DNA from: Trichosphaerium sp. ATCC 40318
Taxonomy: Eukaryota > Protista > Tubulinea
Direction of reading: 5' to 3'
NCBI GenBank assembly: GCA_038496445.1
Contig: JALMLS010000100.1
Location: forward strand, 186,001-250,000
Length of the DNA: 64,000 bases
The stretch's first letter is position 1. Each line of letters starts with the position of its first letter. Positions 51,491 to 64,000 of the stretch are shown piece after piece. Made by a program: the position numbers and the translations under genes. The notes below the pieces were generated by a model. The model searched no databases. It was not told the DNA's origin and saw only the letters and a list, made by a program, of their open reading frames with translations.

Positions 51491-53115
51491 ATGTTTGCTC
51501 GTTGCTCTACTTATTCGTTGCGTTCCACAGCATCGGTAAAAAAAAACCGTCACGCTACCCGCTTCCGTGTTAATCGCCCTTCGCCTGTACTACACGCTCA
51601 GAACTTCTTATCTCCTTCTTTTGCTTTTTTTGCAGCGAATAACTACTGCACTTCAGCAGCTACGCCTAAAGGTACTAGCCATTGCAACAAACTCCGATAA
51701 CCCATTTTAGAGCTATCACTTCTTGTCGATGGCGCTGGTGTTCTATCGCTCGCAGTACCACTACCATCCAACCAAACGGAAGTATTTCGCATGTCGCAAA
51801 CATCGTCAGTTCGCACTCTACTGAACGACATTCAAACCGAGGATGCGTCCGTCAAAGTTGCCCAAATAAAACGCAACGATGGAAATATAGTGGCAAGAGC
51901 AACATTGTTGAAGGTACAACGGTTTTTATTATATCTTTTTAGTCGGGGTCTCTAAACAACGTTCTAAGGACATCCTCTATACTCCATGGCGCTTGGAGAT
52001 AAATGATCAGGAGTACATTATCAAATCTGCGCGTTCGAAGAGTGCGTACCTGATTCTATTGTAGATGTTAACAAGTGCACTATAGTAAGCGCCACTGGCG
52101 AGTACACCGACATTGTAGAGACGGCAGAGTTTCAACAAATAAAACAACGTATTGAGAAAGCCGGTGAGACCAAGAAGGCAATAACCTTCACAGAGTTCAG
52201 CGAGTGGTGTGAAGATCTCGGCGTAGAAGATCCAAAGGTAAATCTTTGCAGAAAAAAAAATTCGTCAAGCCCGATAACTTGTACTGATTACTCTTCAGGG
52301 TGTTTGCTCTGTATTGCACGATATGGAAGTGATTTTCCACTTTAAAGAACACTCAGAGCTTCAAGGACTATTGTTCCTTCACGCCAAAGATATTGTATCG
52401 CGAGTGCAGGTAATTTAAAACTATTTGTTTTTTTATTTGTAGACTGTGAGTGACTCCTTCTATAGGAAGCTATGGACGTTAGCACCATCAAAACTACACA
52501 AGAAGAAAGACTTCAATTGGTCAAGCAACTTGAGGAGGAATTGAAACCTATGCACGAAGAGTATCAAAGATTGCGTGCTAAGGCATCACGATCTGCTGCT
52601 ATTTGGGTACATATCAGCACTTCTAAGTAGAGATTTATTGATCGTCCTTGTAGGCATGGGGTGGTCTCGGTGTTCTTTGCGGTCAATTTCTCATTTTCGC
52701 ACGCTTAACGTGGTGGGAATATGCTTGGTACCTAGTTGTTTACTCGCTTTTATATTGGCGCTAACTTTCGTGATAGGGACGTTATGGAGCCTATCACATA
52801 CTTTGTAACTGTAGTTGAGACAGTTGTTGCAGGTTACATCTTCTACATGTACTCTAAAAACGAGTTTACATTTATCTCTGCACGTAAGATTTGGGTTGAG
52901 AATAAACTCAAATCTCTTATTTCATCCGGTGGTACGTGATTTCTGAGTTTGTTTTCACTACGCATACGTGCTTATACCTTTTTTTTATAGGCTTTCCAAT
53001 CAAGGACTATGAAGACAAGAAGCAAAAGAGGCTTAATACTTTGGCTGAAATCGAAATTTACCGTGACCAACCAAAAGAGGACGACATTTTCGCTGATGAC
53101 GATGAGGAATTGTAA
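51491..53115 (+). CDS. MCU: Mitochondrial calcium uniporter
   Basis: Presequence, two TM helices and the pore motif RLTWWEYAWDVMEPITYF. Confidence 0.93.
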
Positions 53116-53387
53116 TCGCTTTTTTACGGACTTTCTACGCCTTTTCACTACTTGCTTGTTTTGTATGCCAATAAATACTGAATAAAAGGGGTAAATATCC
53201 CTACAGAACTATTACACGACCAACGTATTGTTAATTGACTTGGACGTTAATTAATTGTCTTTTTCGGAGTCTCACGCTTTTTGGGTACTAAAACTGTGAC
53301 TTAATGTTCAGCGTGCCAAGGTATTATCTTACAACCATGCCGGAACAGTAGTACATTAACTAAGCGCTCACTGTAGAGTATTGTCGA

Positions 53388-56300
53388 ATGGACCGTCCTC
53401 CTAGCAATCCTAGCACGCCTAGGAGCTTTACGTTTAGGAAGAAGACCTTTCAAACGCTCAGTGCATACCAAAAAAATGAACGAGAAGGTCTTACGCTTCA
53501 TCACAGGTGCGTGTTATAAGTGACAATGCGTAATTAGCGTACGCTATCACGTCACACGTTAAAATATCGTATTTTCAATTTACGTGTTCAGCGAGAGACT
53601 ATTTGCACTGGAAAGCACAAGAGATGACGAAATCAAAGCACTAGAGGTTAGTTTGAGAATGCTGCTTTCCAAATGTCACATGCCAACGCAAAAAACAATA
53701 TTATTAATTGTCAATAGCTGGAACAAAAGCAAACGCTAATGGAAGTTGAACAAAGGCATGCCGACGGTACGTTAAAATGAATAACAATAAAACTAGATCC
53801 AAACCGACAAAAATTTGACAAAAACAACACAGAGCTTGCACGTATTCACAAACAACAAAAGAAAGAAAGAAAAAAGTTACAAAAGGAGCACTCAGCTGCT
53901 TTGGATGAGAAGAAATCATGTTGGAATGCAAAGGTGGACGAAGAAAAGTGTGTTTTTGTAGGATTTATTTTTTCCGGAAAAAAACTTTTGCTTTTTTTTG
54001 ATTTTTTTTTTTGCTTGGTTTCAAAGGCCCTTACTGAATTATGCACGTGTCAGGTAGTTAATATATATTTTTTATTAGAAAAGGGCAAGCTATAGAATTG
54101 GCTGAGCTTGAAAAGAGGCATATGCGTGAGGAACTATGGGAAGGTGAACCTGAGAGATTTCCAGCAAATTATGATATTGATGACTTTCTGAAATATACTG
54201 TCCGTAATATATTACACGTACGTTTTAATAATTAAACCTTGTCACATTGGTGTCAAAAAAATTGACATCTTCTTTCTAAAGCTCAAAAATATCGATACAA
54301 AACCTTATGCAGACATTTTACGAAGTCATCTTATTTGTACTGTTGGATGGCTAAGAAAGCTTGATTTGGAGAGGTACAAATATAACAATGCATGTGTGGT
54401 CGTGGTTATCTTATAGTATACTTCAAGACTAAGTAAAATGGGTCTTCCGTTAATGTTAGAGGAACAATTAGAACGAATGATTTTACATTACCCTCAATAC
54501 ATTGAAACCAAAAAAGAGCAACGAAGGCAAGCTATGGACCTTATTATTACTTCAAATAGACGCGTACGTTAATAATAATTGTTATTGAATATCCTTTGTG
54601 ATTATGATGAAGTTAACAGCGACATTTTAGAGCACTGGAAACACTAACGAAAAAACTGACACACCGTACAACTTTTTTATTAGGAGAATACCTTACCTCA
54701 TTTTTATACTTCGCTAGGAAAGTAAATTACGCCCATAAGGACTCTGATGCTACACAAATACAATATAAACGTGTCAAAATGATTTTTGTTGGTGAAGGCG
54801 GTGTTGTACGCGAAAATTTTTGGCTTCGAGCCTTGGGTTTTTTTTATCTTTGGCGTGACACTAACAAATCGGCAAATAGGGCAAAACGAGTCTTGTGCGC
54901 TATTTACACAGCGGCAAAACATGTAAAAAGAATAATCAGTTCAGTAAAGCTACTGATGGTATTGATATCATAGAGCATGGAAGCAAGAAACAAGGTTAGT
55001 ACTTTTTTATTTTTTATTGAAAATCCTTTAAAGAAAAATGTGTTCGCGTCATGACGTTAATGTTCTGACTTTTGTAACCAGCTTTTTCTTTTGATTTCTT
55101 TGATTTCGCTGGACAGGAGCTTTATTATACTACACACCAATTTGTACGTGCTTACATAGCTATAGTAGACGTCAAGTTAATTTTGTCAAAAGTACCCACC
55201 TAATCTTTTTTTTCTATTTAGTTTTTGCTTAGTCGCGCTATTTACGCTGTAGTATATGATATATCAAGCGACAATTATACTAAAATAGAGTATTGGTTAA
55301 AATCCATACGGTTGAGATCACGTGAAGCTATTATCCTTGTCATTGGTACTCATGCAGATGAACCAAAATGTACAGAAGAGTACTTGGAAAATGTTGCTCG
55401 ACAGCTAAAAAAGAAGTATAAAAAGTATCGTGTTAATAACTTCTTCCAAGTTACACTTATAAAGAAGAACGCAAAGGGCGTCAAACTGCTAGAAAAGTAT
55501 ATTAATGAATTGGTACAAACGCATCAATTATTTCAGGTATGGATTTAAAACAAAGGACATTGGGCGTTGAGATTAGTTTTTTTTTAATTCACTTTGTAGG
55601 TCTTTTTGGAACCTAGATTACACCGTATTGCTACGAGTATAGATTCCAGTAGATTAAAAAAACATGAAACAAATAATAGAGCTATCATCAGTGTCGATGA
55701 TTTTGCTGATATGCATCAGTTAGAGGTTTGTGTTTTTATTTTTGATCTTTTTTTTTGTTGTCGGTTCTCTTTTTCCTTGTTGATAGATCAGTGCTGAATT
55801 TTATTTAGGACTCTGAAGTTAGTAGTACACTTCAAGTATTGAGTGAGTTGGGTGTTGTTATGCATTTCCCTACGGTGCCAAATTTAAACGACTTGGTACG
55901 TACTAATCATGTTTTTTTTATTAATGTTCAACAGTTACTTATTTATACTTGCATAGGTCGTCTTGGACGCCAAATACCTCGCTGATTTAATGGCACTAAT
56001 AGTGACATATAAGCATAACTATATAAAGAATGGTATTATCTATCCAGAGGTACTCATACAACAGCCGGTTAGAGATGAAGTTTAATTTTTTATTTTAGGA
56101 TTTGCGAAGAGTTTTTACAACGGACGCTGGGAACCACAAAAGCTTAGTCAACTTACTTGAGCGCTTTGAAGTTGTATTTCAACTTAAATTGAAAACTACT
56201 TCATCCATAGATCAGGATATCTGTCCTGTTCTTGTGCCATGTACTCTTCAAGACAAACAGCCAGTATCGTATAGGATTGCTCTTAACAAGATGCTCGTAC

Positions 56301-58781
56301 GAAATACGTAGAACATTCTATTTCTTACCGCTGTATCGCAGGAGACTTTACCAGCCAATATGACACAGTACAGACGCGTTTATAACTTCGAGTTCTTGCC
56401 GATAGGTTCGTTTTCTTCGCGTGAGTTTTTCATGAGACTGATCTTTTTTAAACAGGGTTTGTACCTCGATTAATCGTCAGAATTGTACACTTGAAGGGCG
56501 TGAAATGGTCTGATACATGGCGACGTGGAATAAAACTTGAAATGGGTGATGAGAAGGTACTGATAAACCGTTTCTCTTGCGCGATATTTCTATTGATTTT
56601 TCTTACATGTTACTTTAGCTGATTGTAGATTATGACAACGTTGAGTGTAAACTTCAAGTTATATGCCAAACAACGACAGAAAATTTGCTTACAACAAAGT
56701 CTCTGTTTACTAATGTTATTGCATGTATTGATGCACTTGTTGCAATGTTATATAGAAACCGTCTTGAAAACGATGCTATTAAGGTACAAAGATTAATGTC
56801 CCTTTTGCACTTTACCTCTTCGTTATTCTAACTCTTACTCTCTTAAAGATAAACCTCCCTTGTATTCATTGTATAGAGACAAGAGACGGTTTTGTCTCTA
56901 TGAGGCCTACAATGTTTCCATACCAAGACGTTGTTAATGCATTCATTTCGGTAGGAGTTTTGAAGGAAAAAGAAAAAAAAAAGAAAGAAACTTGTTATAT
57001 TGACTCTGTTTTAAATAGGGAGAACACTCTATGAAATGTATTAACTACAGTGTACCTCTTGAGAGACTTGCTCCAGATATTTGTGTATCATACCTACCAG
57101 TAAGCCTAGTTATGAGTTTTTCAAGAGAAATAACTTTTTTTTTCACCAGATCTGCAAAGATGTTGTCGTGGGTAAGCAGCTAGGTGCTGGTGGTTTTGCA
57201 GTTGTTTATGAGGGAACAAGTGATGGTAAAGTTGTTGCTATAAAGGTAAGCCAATTAAGCGATGAGAAAGACAACAAGAGACCATGTTGTTGCACTCTTT
57301 TTAAAACGATACTCGTCTCTAACTTTTTTCCCTTAGCGTCTGAAAGAATGGGATAAACCAGGTGAAAATCTAGATAACTTGAGAGCATTTAGAGAGTTCC
57401 AACATGAAGTTTATTTGCTATCGTACGTGATCATTATCAGTTTGAACAAAGCTACATTCTTTACATTTTTTGTGTTCGTAAAACTTAAGAACTCTTAAGG
57501 AAGCTTGATAGCGATTATCTTGTTAGATTTTATGGTATAACACTTAGCCCTGTTCAAATAGTATTAGAATTGATAGAAAAGGGTAGCTTAGATATAATAC
57601 TAGTAGATAAGGTGAGTTATTTTTGTTTTCTGCTTCCACGCCTTTTAACAGAATTCTTTTTGCAGACTTTAAATGATGCTGTCTTTAACTGGATGGTCCG
57701 TCTCCGGATAGCAAGGGATGTTGCCAAGGGAATGGCTTACCTACATGCACAACAACCAGCTATACTTCATAGGGACTTAAGAAGCCCTAACGTTTTTGTA
57801 CGATTTTCGATGATGTAAGCTAAACTAACATAAAGTTGTAGATAACATCACTTGATACTTCTCAAGAAGTTATAGCAAAGGTTGGAGATTTTGGCATGGT
57901 ACGCCACGGATGTTAAGTAAGACTTCGTTCTTACTCTTTAAAGGCACAATATGCAGCCCCTTATCTATCAGAGCTACTGCCGACATGGCAATGGTGCGCA
58001 CAATTGAGTTTTTTAATGTCAACTAACGTAATGTCTTGATAGGTTAGCACCTGAAGTGATTAATCCAAAATCAAAAGTTTATTCAGCGTCTAGTGATGTT
58101 TACAGGTTAGATTTTGTATTGATTGTTATCATCTCATTGTTCTTTAGTCTTGCTATGGTTTGCTGGGAGCTAGCTGCAAGGAAGACTCCTTTTGCTGAGT
58201 ATCTTCAGTTTGTAATTAAAACAGAAGAAACATGGACAGAGGAACAATTTAATGATGAAGTTGTGTTAGAACAAAGTATTTCTTCTCGGTTAAAAGGTGA
58301 AGGTAAAACAGAAGAAGAGATAAAAGATTATATAAGAATAAAGTTATCTGATGCAAATAATACTGTAAAAGCTCTATTAGTGGAAGAGCTTGGTACGTAA
58401 CAATTCACAACGTTAAAACGAGAAAAAAACAAGAAAAAAGCTAAAGATACTTTTTTTTTAGCGCAGCACGGATTTTCTGTTGTTGGTTCAAGAGTTTATC
58501 GTGAGGAGTTCAAAAAGCATGAGATTATTGACGCTATTATTACTAAGGATTTGAGACCTACTTTTCCTAAAAGCACACCAGAGAATTTTAGAAAACTTAT
58601 TTATACTTCATGGGTAAGCACTAAATAATTTTTTTCTAAAGTTTGAGTTTCTAAGTTGTTTTTTTAGGTTGCTTCTCCAGTTCGTAGACCAAAGTGTTCG
58701 GATTTGGTTATAGATCTTGAAAACCAGATAGCATCCTTAAAAAATAGCGTAAAAACAAGTGCTGCGCGGAATGCAAAGTAG
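53388..58781 (+). CDS. Roco protein (Roc GTPase-COR-TKL kinase)
   Basis: VKMIFVGEGGVGKTSL, ATDGIDI, DFAGQELYYTTHQFF, GTHAD; COR; LGAGGFAVVY, FREFQHEV, HRDLRSPN, DFG. Confidence 0.92.
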
Positions 58782-59039
58782 TGTAAAATAAAAACATTGT
58801 ATTTTTGAACAAAGTGATCACGTGACTTCTCGCCCACTTTACAATAGGTTTTAAAAAGGATGACATCTTTGTTATACTCCAAGGGTAAAGAAATTAACTC
58901 TATGGGACTTGCGGTCATAGTATGGGACGTCTGTCATTTTGTTTTACTTTTCACGTGCCGAGGTTTTGCCAGCCAAAAACTCGTTTTATTGTCTAGTGCA
59001 CACTACCCACTGGTTAAACGTAGTGTTTTAGTTATCCAT

Positions 59040-60086
59040 ATGGATCAGTATCACGAAGAAACATCAGGTATAAGATAAAAACCACTCGGTTATTTTTTCC
59101 GTTATTTTTTTTTGGAGTCTCGCAGTTTTTATGCTTTATACGCCTATAGAACCATCCCATACGCTTTCTTACTACAATAGAACAAACTGAGATCCTAAAG
59201 TTCCAGAAACAAAGTCCAAAGAGTCCCTCGCCTATTGTACAGCATAAAAAAGATAAACTCCTGTCACACGAGGTACAATTTGACCTACAAAACAGTGGAA
59301 CGCTTCAATGTAGTTCTGGATCCACCAATGATCGTCAACTATCCGATGTAGACGAAGAAAGCGGCTCGTATATTGAAGAGTACGAGATTGAATCTATACT
59401 AGGTGAACGTAAAAAACATGTGCGTTGTCACGTTTAATTCCAAAAAAAGATACAAACATGGCTTAGGGGAAAACTGAATTTCTTTTAAAATGGAAGGGCT
59501 ATGACGAGCCAACTTGGGAACCTACAGGTGCCAAAAAAGAAAATATAGTTACGCCTTAATGTTAACTGTAAAAGACTGCATTGATGGAGGTGAACAGGCT
59601 GATGCCGTTACAGAATATAGGAATAGGTACCCATACAATCTCTATTGTTTTTCAGTATTGATTTAGGCAGAGTACCTCTGTGAGGAAAAGGGGATTAAAG
59701 GTTTGTCTGTCAGTATTTTGTAGCAGTAAATTTATACTTTGTAGCGAAAGAGGGAAGTAGAAAGAGTTAAAAGCAAACAAAGTATGCGAGAATTCATCAA
59801 AACATAACTGATTTTTTGCTACAAGTTGAAGCTTTGCGTTCAGAGCAAGCAGTACTTAACGAAATAAGCCATATAACTAGAGATGAGAATGGGAAATGGC
59901 TAATAGGATTACTTCAGTACGTAACAATAAAGACATGAAAACTAGAGTTTGTTAACCAAAACAAACAAAAGACAAAATAATGGAATTATTTATGAACCAG
60001 CAAGTTGCTATATTCAGAGGCATGGTACAATAAAATTACAAAAGTATATAAGACGTCACTTAGAGGTGCTTTTACGAACCTATTAA
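59040..60086 (+). CDS. HP1-like chromodomain protein (possible divergent chromoshadow C-terminus)
   Basis: [37 protein letters not shown]; aromatic cage Y/W/Y intact. Confidence 0.82.
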
Positions 60087-60331
60087 ATAAGACTAAGTCC
60101 TCTTTGTTTCAAGCATGAAGAATTTGCGTACATTACAATTAAAGAAAAACATGAAAGTCAGAGCAAAACACGGAGGAAGAAAAAAAAAAGAAGACGAACA
60201 ATTTAACAAACAAAGTTCTTTTGCGTGGACAACCCTCCTCAGTGAGCCATGGACAAAATTACAGTACTCTTGTCTGGTTTAAGCAATGAAAGAAGTTACA
60301 ATAACTTATTAAAGGTCACATTTATTACAAG

Positions 60332-61480
60332 TTATTGTTTATACTGTCTAGCTCTCTTTCTACGATTCTTCTCATAGTACTCCTTGTAGGGTTCAATGTA
60401 TTCCTTGTGGCATTTATGCCATATTTTTTCTTCCTCCTCGGAAGCAGCAAGCATAAAGCCAGAATCCACCACCACGCCAAGATGGAATATATTTCCTTGG
60501 CGGAAAAAGAACGGTGTAGCGTACTGACCTTCAATACGCTCCGCAAGAAACTGTTCCAATAGAACAAGATGTTTATATAGAACATCTAAAGAGACGTTCT
60601 TTTTAAATAAGGCAACCCTGCCTATCTTTAACATGGCGTAAAAGTCTGAGACCAGAAAGCCACCAATGTCTTCTAGCGTCAGTATACCAGCTAACTGACG
60701 CGCAGCGTTAAGGAAACAACCCTCGTTATACGCTCTTTTGTATAACGCCATATTTTTTAGAGCGTCTACAAGAAATTAGAAATTACAACAGAGTCAAAGC
60801 GAGGAAAAAAAGCCAAAAAAAAAATCGAGTTTTCACAATTGCAGAGAAAACCGCTAATTTAAAGCAAAAAAAAAAGCCACTAAACAAACATGCCTGTGTG
60901 GTGTTCAACAGGAACAAAGCATTTCAGCTGAAACGCTTTAGTTCTAAGGTAGTTTGGTAATTTCCACGTGAACCAGCACTCGTCGCCATTTGGTACTGTT
61001 CGCAGAAACTTCACTACCATTTCTTCAAAACATTACGCGGAAGTTGAGGTAGCGATACAACTCCGCTGTTTGTTCCTAAATTCTAAACTTAGCCAAAGGA
61101 AAAAAAAACAAGTGAAAAAAACCAAAAAAAAAGCTTTACTTACCAACGTTCCAGACTAACACAGGCCGCGTTTGCGTATCGTTGACGATATTACGACGCA
61201 AGTTTGCGTTGTGGTAATTCTTTTCCTCTTGTGGAACCTTTCTGAGACGTAGATGCTCAGTGGCACTCTGCGCATGCTCGGCAAGCCTTTTGAGGTGTTC
61301 GAGTAGTTGCTTTTGTAACACCTGCAAGGTCATATCTCGGAACTTCTTGCATGTGACTCGAATTCGCCGTCTACTGTGTAGACACCGCAGTAAGGTCTCT
61401 ATTACTGAGTCTGGCAGCGTGTCAAGGGAGTAGTACCCAATATATGAACGGCTGTTTTGTCTCTTTAGTGACCTTTGCAT
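60332..61480 (-). CDS. F-box-like hypothetical protein (3 exons)
   Basis: SLDTLPDSVIETLL...IRVTCKKFRD; exons join in frame via phase-1 introns (one GC donor). Confidence 0.55.
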
Positions 61481-62864
61481 TTTGTAGAATATGTTGGCTG
61501 GAAATAATGTGTGCGTTGTTGAGTGCTGTGCAATTGCAAAATATCTCACAGCTGTTTGTCAGTCATGGTCATTCTCGCTTGTATTAATTTATGCAAATAG
61601 ATCACGTTTTTCGACCGAAAAAGTACTGAAAGGGTATTAAAACTTCGGGAGCGACGTCATACAACTTGTTTATATTATTCACACAATTGTAGAGTGGTTT
61701 TAAGCTTTTTAAAAGGCTTCGATCACGTTTTTTCAGCCGAAGCAAAAGCAAAAAAGGTTTAAAGCACCGCTGACGCTGTATGAAGGTCTGTTACAAATAT
61801 AAGATGAGGTTTTAAACAAAAATAAAGAAAGAAAAGCTGAAACGGTGCGATCACGTTTTTTTGAATCGCACACCTTCCTAAACGACTATTTCAAGCGGAA
61901 AAGTCCGAAAAATGGTACTCTTATTGATTTTAAAGTGTTTTAAAGTGGATTTAACGTACATACAGGACGAGAACGCTCTAAACAGAGTTTCCCGCTCATA
62001 GCCACAGCTGAGATGCTTCCTCGTTAGAATTTTCAGATAACAAAACGAGTGCACAAGTGCACATTGCTCGTAAAGGAGCTGTGTGTTGTGCAATTGCGTA
62101 TGTAAGGGGCTAAAGAGTGTTTAGGCGCATTTGGTATATTCGTACGCTTCGCACCGGTCGAGTAAAAATTAAAGTTTGATCAAAGCTGTTTCTAAAGGTG
62201 CGCTGTGGCGTTAGAAGCAGTTTGGCGCAGTTTCTCCAAAACCACTTTTTTTTTCAGGATATTTTGTAGCGGTATTTAAATCGAAGTCTAAACTTTTATT
62301 AGTGGAAATTAATCAGCCTTCCATACTTAATAACTATGGTTGTAGTGTCCGCTACTTCACGTTGAGTGGAGAGGGCGTCTATACATGTTGACTGCTGCTA
62401 CCATTGTTACGGTATTAGTCTAAAGTATTAACCTGGTACAAACTAATTCCAGGGCAGCGCCATCCTACTTTCGAACAGTAGATGGAGTTCAACAGACGCT
62501 AACAGGCAAGGATCTCCGTAACACAGAGACACATTAGCACCTTGCCTAAGACATTGGTAAAACAATGAATTTTTTTTGGTATTTGTCAGAGCCATATCAC
62601 TGCCTGGCTCTTACCTTGACGCTTGTTCAAGGCACTGTCAGATCCTCTGTGTGCTTCAAATGTAACCTGAGAAACAATAAACTACTCTAATACATCTTAC
62701 TGTCGGCCATTGCTTTCTTTTTTGTACCCTGCAATGAAACCATTCAGTGTAAGCCAAGACAATAGCTTCCTTGCAAACCTTAATGATACAACGCGTCTGG
62801 AAGCTACACTTGACCAAGAAAAGTACAAGAAACAGTTTTTATTTACAACAATAGACAAGGGTAT

Positions 62865-64000
62865 TTAACTCGTGCATCGTGCAACGAAGACGAGTGTATT
62901 CAAAAGAATAAGAGCACCATCGCTGTTTACATTCCAAAAGGTTGAGCAGACACGAGATGAAGGAGGAAAGAAATTAGTTGTTGCACTCCAACCTTAAAAG
63001 AAAAAAAGGATTACTTTAACCGTTCATTTGAGTACTTTTCTTTTACCTTTTCCTATCTGCTTTACAGCCACCAGTGGTGTTCCATCATCCCAAGTAGATA
63101 CAAGGACACTTCCTTCACTCAATTTACAGTTCGACCTAAACACAAATCAACAACCAGTAGGTCAATACAACATAGGAAAAAAAACAAATCTGGTAGTTTT
63201 TTCTTCAGTAGCACACCTGTATGAATCTTTACCGCCATCAAAGCTATTAACACCAATCATCCTTTAGCGCGGAGATATTAGTACTAAAATATTTTGTTTT
63301 GTCCGTACGTAGGATGACCTGGAAGGATTTTTTTGCCTAAAGTACAACGCTTGCCATTAATTTGAGAACCCTATTTTTTTCGTTAATGAACGGTTTATAA
63401 GTTTAAATTACAACGCTTCGTACAGGTAGAAGTGCGTGATATGCCTCAGAGGTGAATCTACCTGAAAGACCAAGTCCTGACTTATTCTAGAACTAACGTT
63501 AAGCCATAAATGAAAAAAGTTCAAAAAGCAAGTCTGCTGAGTGCTACAACAACGTACTGTTGCAAATGCTGCGACCACTACTCCGCCACCATTGTCTATA
63601 TAATCTGCTAGTTGATCACCAACCTCTTCTGTGTTATAGTAGCTATAATTAGACCATGTCAAGATTGCATTGTACTGGCTATAGTCGACAACACGCTGAG
63701 AATTAACTGCAATATCACTTGTGAGTGGTCACCAAAAAAAGGTAGCAGTGGGTTTAAAGACAATTGACGATCTTTTAGGACCCTTTTAAGCACTCACCTG
63801 GGACTACGTGTACGATCACTAGTATTTAATAAGCGAACATGTTTTTGCTTTGTAGAAAAATAAGTGATATGTTTACCTTGTTCCTCCTGGTTGAGGCAAG
63901 CCTTTACATCCTCTGAAAAACAAAAAAGTTACATAAAAGTTTGGCTATGAAATAATTCTTTTCTGAATTTGTTCTCACCTATGTAATCCTACGGTAAAAA
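62865..64000 (-). CDS. Partial gene (5' end outside window); class I glutamine-amidotransferase-like fold domain
   Basis: YNAILTWSNY...GDQLADYIDNGGGVVVAAF, SFDGGKDSYR, STWDDGTPLVA, NFFPPSS...W...DGALILLN. Confidence 0.55.

Noticed and set aside
61033-61035. Apparent in-frame TAA in the F-box-like gene, suggesting a pseudogene or stop reassignment
   Set aside because: A downstream AAG acceptor near 61023 removes it, and TAA ends many genes here, so the standard code holds.
62330-62800. Coding-like fragments on the plus strand
   Set aside because: Stops in all frames tried and no recognisable family; at most a decayed remnant.
1-64000. CRISPR arrays, rRNA, tRNA, transposases/retroelements
   Set aside because: None recognised. 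The repeats seen are coding (LRR, MORN, RS, acidic or PT-rich).

Overview
Gene-dense, AT-rich eukaryotic nuclear DNA with many short spliceosomal introns (GT-AG, some GC-AG). It is most likely from an amoebozoan-like protist, inferred from the Roco kinase and LISK-type TKL kinase. I spliced about 30 protein genes by hand, so exon boundaries are my reconstructions. They include MORC, an F-box/ADF-cofilin fusion, a LIMK/TESK-like kinase, LIN52, BDP1, a GPI-type beta-propeller, a secreted Cys-rich peptide, LUC7, ADA3, a TauD dioxygenase, a C2/EF-hand calpain, MORN-variant and F-box/LRR repeat proteins, cytosolic aconitase, Maf, an ePHD-SET protein, SDHAF2, HAUS6, reticulon, a helical-repeat/PD-(D/E)XK protein, MCU, Roco kinase and an HP1-like protein. 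The standout is 13996-17713: an intron-rich gene that fuses a eukaryotic BAH chromatin-reader domain to a phage/bacterial-type DNA amino-methyltransferase (DPFGGG...TCPPY; m4C or m6A class), with an acidic tail carrying SIM-like repeats. It is a candidate domesticated 4mC/6mA epigenetic writer. A candidate intronic C/D snoRNA, possibly guiding U6 Am70, lies in an aconitase intron. No database searches were run; family calls rest on recognised motifs.
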